From a virus (Duplodnaviria > Heunggongvirae > Uroviricota > Caudoviricetes): 13,174 bases of DNA. The position numbers were made by a program, and so were the translations under genes. This document shows, piece by piece, positions 6,176 to 13,174 of this stretch; position 1 is the stretch's first letter; each line of letters starts with the position of its first letter. The notes under the pieces were generated by a model. It was not told the DNA's origin. It made no database searches and saw nothing but the letters and a program-made list of their open reading frames with translations. The stretch is taken from positions 1-13,174 of the IMG/VR virus record IMGVR_UViG_2703718823_000001. One strand, 5' to 3'.

Positions 6176-7670
6176 TCTTTCACACATTATTGCAGCAGCA
6201 TTCAATGAACCGCTGCTTCTGGAGCCCGCCTATGCGCGGGTTTTCTTTTGCGCGCTCGGGCGCGAGATGGGGGCAGCAAGTCTTTCGGTACCACAACAGC
6301 AGGTACAGCTTGATGCACCCGGAATGCTGGCTGAAACGGACGAGTACATGGCCGGAGGTAAACGACCGGCCCGTGTTTACCGGGTGGTGAACGGTATTGC
6401 TGTACTGCCGGTCACAGGCACGCTGGTGCACCGGCTGGGGGGTATGCGGCCATTTTCCGGAATGACAGGCTATGACGGCATTGTCGCCTGTCTTCAGCAG
6501 GCAATGGCGGATAGCCAGGTGCGGGGTGTACTGCTGGACATTGACAGTCCGGGCGGGCAGGCCGCCGGTGCGTTTGACTGTGCTGACATGATTTACCGCC
6601 TCCGTCAGCAGAAGCCGGTCTGGGCACTGTGCAATGACACGGCCTGTTCTGCAGCCATGCTGCTGGCGTCGGCCTGCTCCCGACGGCTGGTTACCCAGAC
6701 ATCCCGTATCGGCTCCATTGGCGTGATGATGAGCCATGTCAGCTATGCCGGTCATCTGGCGCAGGCCGGTGTGGATATCACGCTGATTTACTCAGGGGCG
6801 CACAAGGTGGATGGCAATCAGTTTGAAGCGTTGCCGGAAGAGGTTCGCCAGGACATGCAGCAGCGGATTGATGCGGCGCGCCGGATGTTTGCCGAAAAAG
6901 TGGCGATGTATACCGGTCTGTCTGTTGATGCAGTCACGGGAACAGAGGCCGCCGTTTTTGAAGGTCAGTCCGGCATTGAGGCCGGGCTGGCGGATGAATT
7001 AATCAATGCGTCGGATGCCATCAGCGTGATGGCTGCGGCGCTGAACACACATGATACAGGAGGCACTATGCCGCAATTAACTGCAACGGAAGCTGCCGCG
7101 CAGGAGAACCAGCGAGTGATGGGGATCCTGGCGTGTCAGGAAGCGAAAGGACGTGAACACCTTGCCACGATGCTGGCAGGACAACAGGGCATGAGCGTTG
7201 AACAGGCCCGGGCGATTCTGACCGCGGCAGCACCACAGCAGCCGGTGGCATCCACGCAGAGTGAAGCCGATCGCATTATGGCGTGTGAAGAAGCTAAAGG
7301 TCGTGAACAACTGGCGGCAACGCTGGCGGCGATGCCGGATATGACGGTGGAAAAAGCCCGCCCGATCCTGGCGGCTTCACCGCAGGCGGATGCCGGACCC
7401 TCACTCCGTGATCAGATTATGGCTCTGGATGAGGCAAAAGGGGCTGAGGCGCAGGCTGAAAAACTGGCGGCGTTTCCCGGAATGACGGTGGAGGCTGCCC
7501 GCGACATTCTGTCCTCATCGCCGGATAAAGCAGAACCGGTTTCTGCATCCACAACCGCCATGTTTGAACGCATCATGGCGAACCATTCACCGGCAGCCGT
7601 GCAGGGTGGCGTGTCACAGACGTCGGCAGACGGTGATGCGGACGTGAAAATGCTCATGGCCATGCCATGA
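6165..7670 (+). CDS. C: Prohead protease / scaffold protein, lambda gpC-like (S49/ClpP-type serine peptidase domain plus C-terminal scaffold region)
   Basis: GTG start overlapping the B stop. N-terminal region (...AFNEPLLLEPAYARVFFCAL..., GVLLDIDSPGGQAAGAFDCADMI, VWALCNDTACSAAMLLASACSRRLVTQTSRIGSIGVMMSH, ITLIYSGAHKVDGN) matches lambda gpC as recalled. The C-terminal third is a repetitive helical region. Confidence 0.9.
   Translation: MRRNLSHIIAAAFNEPLLLEPAYARVFFCALGREMGAASLSVPQQQVQLDAPGMLAETDEYMAGGKRPARVYRVVNGIAVLPVTGTLVHRLGGMRPFSGMTGYDGIVACLQQAMADSQVRGVLLDIDSPGGQAAGAFDCADMIYRLRQQKPVWALCNDTACSAAMLLASACSRRLVTQTSRIGSIGVMMSHVSYAGHLAQAGVDITLIYSGAHKVDGNQFEALPEEVRQDMQQRIDAARRMFAEKVAMYTGLSVDAVTGTEAAVFEGQSGIEAGLADELINASDAISVMAAALNTHDTGGTMPQLTATEAAAQENQRVMGILACQEAKGREHLATMLAGQQGMSVEQARAILTAAAPQQPVASTQSEADRIMACEEAKGREQLAATLAAMPDMTVEKARPILAASPQADAGPSLRDQIMALDEAKGAEAQAEKLAAFPGMTVEAARDILSSSPDKAEPVSASTTAMFERIMANHSPAAVQGGVSQTSADGDADVKMLMAMP
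7068..7670 (+). CDS. Nu3: Nested in-frame scaffold protein (Nu3-like), translated from an internal start within C
   Basis: In-frame ATG at 7068 preceded by GGAGG (7059-7063, 4-nt spacer). It encodes 200 aa sharing the C terminus of C. This mirrors the C/Nu3 nested arrangement of lambda. Confidence 0.6.
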   Translation: MPQLTATEAAAQENQRVMGILACQEAKGREHLATMLAGQQGMSVEQARAILTAAAPQQPVASTQSEADRIMACEEAKGREQLAATLAAMPDMTVEKARPILAASPQADAGPSLRDQIMALDEAKGAEAQAEKLAAFPGMTVEAARDILSSSPDKAEPVSASTTAMFERIMANHSPAAVQGGVSQTSADGDADVKMLMAMP

Positions 7671-7706
7671 AGTCAGTGCTGACCATCAATATGAGGTTTT
7701 AACAAA

Positions 7707-8054
7707 ATGGTGACGAAAACCATCACTGAACAACGTGCGGAAGTACGTATTTTTGCCGGTAATGATCCGGCTCATACCGCCACAGGCAGCAGCGGGATTT
7801 CTCAGGCAACACCGGCTCTGACGCCCCTGATGCTGGATGAAGCCAGCGGGAAACTGGTGGTCTGGGATGGACAGAAAGCCGGTAGTGCGGCTGGCATACT
7901 GGTACTGCCGCTTGAAGGCACAGAGACGGTGCTGACCTATTACAAGTCGGGGACCTTTGCGACGGAGGCAATCCGCTGGCCTGACAGTGTGGATGAACAC
8001 AAAAAGGCAAATGCCTTTGCCGGTACAGCCCTGAGTCACGCGGCTCTGCCGTAA
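7707..8054 (+). CDS. D: Head decoration / capsid stabilisation protein, lambda gpD-like
   Basis: Product contains ...NDPAHTATG...TPLMLD...KLVVWDG...AGILV...YYKSGTF...AFAGTA, co-linear with lambda gpD as recalled. Confidence 0.9.
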   Translation: MVTKTITEQRAEVRIFAGNDPAHTATGSSGISQATPALTPLMLDEASGKLVVWDGQKAGSAAGILVLPLEGTETVLTYYKSGTFATEAIRWPDSVDEHKKANAFAGTALSHAALP

Positions 8055-8061
8055 CACGTTA

Positions 8062-8083
8062 TCAGGCCACCATGGTGGCCTGA
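8062..8083 (+). other. Perfect 22-bp palindrome TCAGGCCACCATGGTGGCCTGA in the D-E intergenic region (potential RNA hairpin or protein-binding site)
   Basis: The sequence is exactly self-complementary. It lies 8 nt after the D stop and 29 nt before the E start. It is not followed by a clear U-tract. Confidence 0.5.
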
Positions 8084-8111
8084 CTGATTTCTGAATGAAA
8101 GGAACTGATTT

Positions 8112-9140
8112 ATGGGATTGTTTACGACCCGCCAGTTACTCGGTTATACCGAACAAAAAGTGAAATTCCGTGCGCTGTTTCTGGAGCTGTTTTTCCGCCG
8201 TACGGTGAATTTCCACACCGAAGAGGTGATGCTGGACAAAATTACCGGAAAAACGCCGGTGGCAGCCTATGTCTCCCCGGTTGTTGAAGGAAAAGTGCTT
8301 CGCCATCGCGGTGGTGAAACCCGCGTGTTACGTCCGGGCTACGTCAAGCCCAAACACGAATTTAATTACCAGCAGGCGGTTGAGCGCCTTCCTGGTGAAG
8401 ATCCGGCTCAGCTGAATGACCCGGCCTACCGTCGTCTGCGTATCATTACCGATAACCTCAAACAGGAAGAGCACGCCATTGTCCAGGTGGAAGAAATGCA
8501 GGCGGTGAATGCCGTGCTGTATGGCAAATACACCATGGAAGGGGATCAGTTTGATACTGTCGAGGTGGATTTCGGGCGCTCTGAAGGAAATAACATTGAG
8601 CAGGCTGACGGTAAAAAATGGTCTGAGCAGGACCGTGATACGTTTGATCCGACGCATGATATTGACCTCTACTGCGATCAGGCCAGCGGCCTTGTGAATA
8701 TCGCCATTATGGACGGTACGGTCTGGCGTCTGCTGAATGGCTTTAAGCTGTTCCGCGAAAAACTGGATACCCGTCGCGGCTCAAATTCACAACTCGAAAC
8801 GGCAGTGAAAGACCTGGGGGCGGTGGTGTCCTTCAAGGGGTATTACGGCGATCTGGCCATTGTGGTGGCGAAAACGTCTTATGTGGCAGAGGACGGTACC
8901 GAAAAACGTTATCTGCCGGAGGGCACACTGGTCCTGGGGAATACGGCAGCAGAGGGCATTCGTTGCTATGGTGCCATTCAGGATGCGCAGGCGTTGTCCG
9001 AAGGTGTGGTGGCCTCTTCCCGTTATCCGAAACACTGGCTGACTGTGGGCGATCCGGCCCGTGAATTCACCATGACGCAGTCCGCTCCGCTGATGGTGCT
9101 GCCGGATCCGGATGAGTTTGTGGTGGTACAGGTGAAATAA
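8112..9140 (+). CDS. E: Major capsid protein, lambda gpE-like
   Basis: 342-aa product (lambda gpE is about 341 aa) with long co-linear matches (PGYVKPKHE, DPAYRRLRII, VEEMQAVNAVLYGKYTMEGD, KLDTRRGSNSQLETAVKDLG, GDPAREFTMTQSAPLMVLPDPDEF). Confidence 0.95.
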   Translation: MGLFTTRQLLGYTEQKVKFRALFLELFFRRTVNFHTEEVMLDKITGKTPVAAYVSPVVEGKVLRHRGGETRVLRPGYVKPKHEFNYQQAVERLPGEDPAQLNDPAYRRLRIITDNLKQEEHAIVQVEEMQAVNAVLYGKYTMEGDQFDTVEVDFGRSEGNNIEQADGKKWSEQDRDTFDPTHDIDLYCDQASGLVNIAIMDGTVWRLLNGFKLFREKLDTRRGSNSQLETAVKDLGAVVSFKGYYGDLAIVVAKTSYVAEDGTEKRYLPEGTLVLGNTAAEGIRCYGAIQDAQALSEGVVASSRYPKHWLTVGDPAREFTMTQSAPLMVLPDPDEFVVVQVK

Positions 9141-9148
9141 TCCGTGAG

Positions 9149-9177
9149 CGGGGGCGAAATGCCCCCGTGTCTTTTTT
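9149..9177 (+). terminator. Candidate rho-independent terminator or attenuator immediately downstream of E
   Basis: GC stem CGGGGGC (9149-9155) and GCCCCCG (9161-9167) with loop GAAAT, followed by TTTTTT (9172-9177). It begins 9 nt after the E stop. Confidence 0.65.
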
Positions 9178-9191
9178 CACAGGAGGCTGAG

Positions 9192-9575
9192 ATGGCAACA
9201 AAAGAAGAAAATCTGAATCGTCTTCGTCAACTGGCTGGCCTGCTGGGGCGCGAGGCGGATATGTCGGGGAGTGCTGCGGATATTGCTCAACGTGTGTCTG
9301 AGTGGGAAGAGGAGCTTGCTGTTTCCCCGGAGGGCATTATGCACTCTGATGAGAGCGGGGCTGATCAAAATCACACAGACGATGGTGAGCAGTTGAACAA
9401 CACGGATGCTCCGGATGATGTTAAAGCCGTCCGGGTACGGAAGTGCCTGCAAGTAATGGGGTATTGCCCGGAGACAGGTCGTCCCGTTGAGCTGGCGTTA
9501 CGGGGTATGCGTGTTCTGGTGCCATCATCACTGGCAACGGCCATGATACAGCACGGAACGGCTGAATATGCGTGA
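9192..9575 (+). CDS. FI: DNA packaging / head assembly accessory protein, lambda gpFI-like
   Basis: ATG at 9192 with AGGAGG 5 nt upstream. Product of about 127 aa with an N-terminal helical part, an acidic low-complexity linker and a C-terminal domain. Assignment rests on position between E and FII and on size, similar to lambda FI. Confidence 0.75.
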   Translation: MATKEENLNRLRQLAGLLGREADMSGSAADIAQRVSEWEEELAVSPEGIMHSDESGADQNHTDDGEQLNNTDAPDDVKAVRVRKCLQVMGYCPETGRPVELALRGMRVLVPSSLATAMIQHGTAEYA

Positions 9576-9921
9576 TTTTCAGAATGCCTTTGATGCTGCC
9601 CTCGCCGGGGTGGACAGTACGATCGTTGAAGTGATGGGGATCCGTGCGCAGTTCACCTCTGGAGCACAACGTGGCGGCGAAGTTCAGGGGGTTTTTGACG
9701 ATCCGGAGTCGCTGGGTTTTGCCGGTGGCGGGGTCCGTATTGAAGGAAGCAGCCCGTCATTATTTGTGCGGACGGATACGGTGCGTGCCGTGCGGCGTGG
9801 TGACACGCTGACCATTAACGGCGAGATGTTCTGGGTGGATCGTGTTTCTCCGGATGACGGGGGAAGCTGTTATCTCTGGCTCAACCGTGGGCAACCACCC
9901 GCTGTTAACCGGCGACGATAA
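9568..9921 (+). CDS. FII: Head-tail connector protein, lambda gpFII-like
   Basis: Product contains ...GVFDDPE...GGGVRIEGSSPSLFVRTD.VR..RRGDTLTI....FWVDRVSPDDGGSCYLWL.RG.PPAVNRRR, nearly co-linear with lambda gpFII as recalled, including the C terminus. Confidence 0.92.
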   Translation: MRDFQNAFDAALAGVDSTIVEVMGIRAQFTSGAQRGGEVQGVFDDPESLGFAGGGVRIEGSSPSLFVRTDTVRAVRRGDTLTINGEMFWVDRVSPDDGGSCYLWLNRGQPPAVNRRR

Positions 9922-9936
9922 ACGCAGGGTGAAATT

Positions 9937-10470
9937 ATGGCGATAAAAGGGCTTGATCAGGCGATTGACAATCTGAGCCGGGTTCGTAAAAACGCCATTC
10001 CGGCGGCTTCAGCAATGGCCATTAACCGCGTGGCCACAACGGCGATTAATCAGTCTTCATCACAGGTTGCCCGGGAGACAAAGGTTCGCCGGAAACTGGT
10101 TAAGGAACGGTCCAGACTGAAACGGGCCACGGTCAGAAATCCGAATGCCAGAATTATCGTTAACCGCGGTGATCTCCCTGTGATTAAGCTGGGGATCAGG
10201 ATGCTGGGGCGTCGCCCGAACAGCATACTTAAAGCCGGTCAGCATCGGTATCAGCGGGCATTTATTCAGCGATTAAAAAATGGTCGCTGGCATGTCATGC
10301 AGCGTGTGGCCGGGAAAAACCGTTACCCCATTGATGTGGTGAAAATCCCGATGGCGGCCCCACTGAAACAGGCATTTGATGAGAATGTTGACCGTATCCG
10401 GCGTGAACGCCTGCCTAAAGAACTGGCATACGCGCTGAAACAACAACTGAGGATTGCGATAAAACGATGA
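9937..10470 (+). CDS. Z: Tail completion protein, lambda gpZ-like
   Basis: 177-aa product in the gpZ position between FII and U. Its stop overlaps the U start (ATGA). Confidence 0.85.
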   Translation: MAIKGLDQAIDNLSRVRKNAIPAASAMAINRVATTAINQSSSQVARETKVRRKLVKERSRLKRATVRNPNARIIVNRGDLPVIKLGIRMLGRRPNSILKAGQHRYQRAFIQRLKNGRWHVMQRVAGKNRYPIDVVKIPMAAPLKQAFDENVDRIRRERLPKELAYALKQQLRIAIKR

Positions 10471-10862
10471 AACACACTGACATTCGTGCCGCAGTGCTGG
10501 ATGCACTCGAGCAGCATGAACACGGGGCGACGCTGTTTGATGGTCGCCCCGTTGTTTTTGACGAAGAGGATTTTCCTGCGATCGCGGTTTATCTGACGGA
10601 TGCAGAGTATACCGGTGAAGAGCTGGATGCAGATACCTGGCGGGCCACACTGCATATTGAGGTGTTTTTACCGGCACAGGTACCTGATTCGGAGCTCGAT
10701 CAGTGGATGGAAAGCCGGATTTATCCGGCGATGACTGCGATCCCTGCACTGGCAGGACTGATTACCACGATGGTTACGCAGGGCTATGAGTATCGTCGTG
10801 ATGACGATATGGCGTTATGGAGCTCTGCGGATCTGACTTATTCCATTACATACGAGATGTGA
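10467..10862 (+). CDS. U: Tail terminator protein, lambda gpU-like
   Basis: 131-aa product, the same length as lambda gpU, in conserved order between Z and V. Confidence 0.88.
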   Translation: MKHTDIRAAVLDALEQHEHGATLFDGRPVVFDEEDFPAIAVYLTDAEYTGEELDADTWRATLHIEVFLPAQVPDSELDQWMESRIYPAMTAIPALAGLITTMVTQGYEYRRDDDMALWSSADLTYSITYEM

Positions 10863-10869
10863 GGACGAT

Positions 10870-11622
10870 ATGGCAACACCAAATCCCCTGGAGCCGGTAA
10901 AAGGTGCCGGTACCACTCTGTGGGTTTACAACGGCAAGGGTGATGCTTATGCAAACCCGTTGTCAGACGATGACTGGCAGCGACTGGCTAAGGTGAAGGA
11001 TCTGACGCCGGGCGAGATGACGGCAGAACCCTACGATGATAACTACCTGGATGATGAAGACGCGGACTGGACCGCGACCGGGCAGGGGCAGAAGTCTGCA
11101 GGAGATACCAGTTTTACGCTGGCCTGGAAACCGGGAGAAGATGGTCAGAAAGGGCTTATAGGCTGGTTTGAAAGCGGGGATGTGCGGGCCTATAAAATCC
11201 GTTTTCCGAACGGCACGGTGGATGTGTTTCGTGGCTGGGTCAGCAGTATCGGTAAGGCCGTGACGGCGAAAGAAGTGATCACCCGCACGGTGAAAGTGAC
11301 CAACGTGGGCAAACCTTCCGTGGCGGAAGAACGCAGCAAAATTACGCCGGTCACTGCAATTAAGGTGACACAGACATCCGGTACCGTGGAAAAAGGAAAA
11401 ACAACCACCCTGACGGTTTCTTTTGAGCCGGAAAGTGCAACCGACAAGACGTTCAGAGCGGTTTCCGCCGATCCGTCAACGGGAACCATTGCTGTGAAAG
11501 ATATGGTGATCACTGTGACGGGGATTAAGGCCGGAAAAGTGAGTATCCCCGTGATTTCCGGTAATGGTCAGTTTGCCACGGTAGCTGAAGTCACCGTTAC
11601 TGAAGCGGGCGCTGCAGGGTAA
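10870..11622 (+). CDS. V: Major tail tube protein with C-terminal Ig-like domain, lambda gpV-like
   Basis: Product has long identical stretches to lambda gpV as recalled ([102 protein letters not shown]). The C-terminal roughly 90 aa are Thr/Val-rich and beta-rich (Ig-like). Confidence 0.95.
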   Translation: MATPNPLEPVKGAGTTLWVYNGKGDAYANPLSDDDWQRLAKVKDLTPGEMTAEPYDDNYLDDEDADWTATGQGQKSAGDTSFTLAWKPGEDGQKGLIGWFESGDVRAYKIRFPNGTVDVFRGWVSSIGKAVTAKEVITRTVKVTNVGKPSVAEERSKITPVTAIKVTQTSGTVEKGKTTTLTVSFEPESATDKTFRAVSADPSTGTIAVKDMVITVTGIKAGKVSIPVISGNGQFATVAEVTVTEAGAAG

Positions 11623-11635
11623 ACGGAGGTAATAC

Positions 11636-12067
11636 ATGTTTCTGAAAACAGAACAATTTGAATATAACGGTGTATCCGTCATGCTTTCTGAGCTGTCTGC
11701 GCTGCAGCGTATTGAGCATCTTGCCCTCCTGAAACGGCGGGCAGAAGAGGCTGAAGCCAGCGGCAACCTGCAGGTGAGTGTGGAAGATCTTGTCAGAACC
11801 GGCGCGTTTCTGGTGGCGATGTCCCTGTGGCATAACCATCCACAGAAAACGCAGTCACCGTCAATGAATGAGGCCGTGATGAAGATAGAGCAGGAAGTGC
11901 TCACCACCTGGCCTGCCGATGCCATTGCCCGGGCGGAAGAGGTGGTGTTACGTCTGTCCGGGATGAGCGGGGCTGTTCATGCGGATACTGACAGCACCGA
12001 AGTGGCGAAAAATAACGCGCTTACTGATGATGATTTTTCTGCGGGAAAGTTTTCGACGGCGAGCTGA
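11636..12067 (+). CDS. G: Tail assembly chaperone, lambda gpG-like
   Basis: Product MFLKTEQFEYNGVSVMLSELSALQRIEHLALLKRR...GAFLVAMSLWHNHPQKTQSPSMNEAV... is nearly identical in places to lambda gpG as recalled. GGAGG precedes the ATG. Confidence 0.92.
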   Translation: MFLKTEQFEYNGVSVMLSELSALQRIEHLALLKRRAEEAEASGNLQVSVEDLVRTGAFLVAMSLWHNHPQKTQSPSMNEAVMKIEQEVLTTWPADAIARAEEVVLRLSGMSGAVHADTDSTEVAKNNALTDDDFSAGKFSTAS

Positions 12068-12507
12068 ATTTTGCCCTCAGACTGGCGCGTGAGATGGGGA
12101 GGCCTGACTGGCGCGCCATGCTTGCCGGGATGACATCCACCGAATATGCCGACTGGCGACATTTTTACCGCACGCATTATTTTCAGGATACCCAACTGGA
12201 TATGCATTTTTCCGGGCTGATGTACGCCGTACTCAGCCTGTTTTTTTGCGATCCGGATATGCATCCCTCGGATTTCAGTCTGCTGGCTCCCCGGCGAGAG
12301 GAAGCGCAGACGGAGATGCCGGATGAGGAAGACATGCTGATGCAGAAAGCGGCAGGACTTGCCGGAGGCGTCCGGTTCGGTGGGGAGGGAGGGGGCGATA
12401 TTTCACCTTCTGCAGATGTGGTGGATGTCAGCGAGGATGATGTTGCATTAATGATGGCTTCAGCGGGGATTTCCGGAGGTGTGAGATATGTCCCAGCCGG
12501 TTGGTGA
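11636..12507 (+). CDS. GT: Tail assembly chaperone G-T fusion produced by -1 frameshift at 12043-12049
   Basis: The -1 frame after the slippery site reads ...DGELNFALRLAREMGRPDWRAMLAGMTSTEYADWRHFYRTHYF...LMQKAAGLAGGVRFG...GGVRY, co-linear with lambda gpT as recalled. The T frame has no independent start with a ribosome-binding site. Confidence 0.8.
12043..12049 (+). promoter_or_regulatory. Programmed -1 ribosomal frameshift slippery heptamer G GGA AAG for the G-T fusion
   Basis: GGGAAAG lies in the G zero frame as G-GGA-AAG, 18 nt before the G stop. The -1 frame is open from here to 12507 and encodes a gpT-like sequence. Confidence 0.85.
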
Positions 12508-13174
12508 TCTTGTTATTGACCTGAGTCTGGATGCTGTCCGTTTCGATGAGCAGATGAGCCGGGTAAGGCGTCATTTTTCAGGACTGGATACCGACGCCAG
12601 AAAAACCGCCGGTGCCGTTGAGCAGAGTCTGAACCGTCAGGCGCTGGCCGCACAAAAAGCCGGGATTTCCGTCGGGCAGTATAAAGCAGCCATGCGTACC
12701 CTGCCCGCACAGTTTACGGATATCGCCACGCAGCTTGCCGGTGGTCAGAATCCCTGGCTCATCCTGCTGCAACAGGGCGGTCAGGTGAAGGACTCCTTCG
12801 GCGGGATGATCCCCATGTTCAGGGGGCTTGCCGGTGCGATCACCCTGCCGATGGTCGGGGTCACCTCGCTGGCGGTGGCGACAGGTGCGCTGGCGTACGC
12901 CTGGTACCAGGGGGATTCCACGCTTTCAGAATTTAATAAAACGCTGGTCCTTTCCGGCAATCAGGCCGGACTGACTGCCGATCGTATGCTGACGCTCTCA
13001 AGAGCCGGGCAGGCAGCAGGGCTGACGTTTAACCAGGCGAGAGAGTCACTGGCAGCCCTGGTGAATGCCGGTGTGCGTGGTGGTGAACAGTTTGATGCCA
13101 TTAACCAGAGTGTCGCGCGTTTTGCGTCTGCATCCGGTGTGGAGGTGGATAAAGTCGCTGAAGCCTTCGGGAAG
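12489..13174 (+). CDS. H: Tail tape measure protein, lambda gpH-like; 3' end lies beyond window
   Basis: ATG at 12489 with GGAGG upstream, overlapping the end of T. Product MSQPVGDLVIDLSLDAVRFDEQMSRVRRHFSG...GISVGQYKAAMRTLPAQFTDIATQLAGGQNPWLILLQQGGQVKDSFGGMIPMFRGLAGAITLPMVG... closely matches the lambda gpH N-terminus as recalled. Confidence 0.93.

Noticed and set aside
6180-6755. 191-aa reverse-strand ORF inside the C protease gene, plus other reverse ORFs at 7412-7663, 7686-8057, 8328-8657 and 10273-10749
   Set aside because: All lie antisense within conserved structural genes and lack ribosome-binding sites. Judged to be spurious.
1-13174. Search for tRNA, CRISPR repeats, IS or transposon ends, integrase or att sites, and defence or toxin-antitoxin operons
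   Set aside because: I saw no cloverleaf-like tRNA candidates, no regularly spaced direct repeats, no terminal inverted repeats with a transposase, and no non-phage-structural multi-gene cassette. Apart from the lysis-cos interval, the window is a contiguous lambda-like head and tail assembly operon.

Overview
This window is the late (lysis plus morphogenesis) region of a lambda-like prophage from an enterobacterial host, with every credible gene on the + strand. In order: the 3' part of a SAR-type endolysin, a 43-aa membrane-protein ORF, the Rz/Rz1 spanin pair, a 74-aa Cys-containing ORF, a lambda-type cos site, small and large terminase, W, portal B, protease/scaffold C with nested Nu3, D, E, FI, FII, Z, U, V, G and G-T (programmed -1 frameshift), and the 5' part of tape-measure H. 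Protein identifications rest on comparison with lambda proteins recalled from memory, and no database search was run. I found no tRNA, rRNA, CRISPR array, IS element, integrase or recognisable defence system, and no clearly novel multi-gene system. The structural block is conserved and ordinary. The parts worth a second look are in the lysis-to-cos interval (about 528-1986): two small uncharacterised ORFs, two Chi octamers, and a cosB with a repeat family unlike lambda's, paired with a small terminase whose N-terminal domain is also unlike lambda Nu1.
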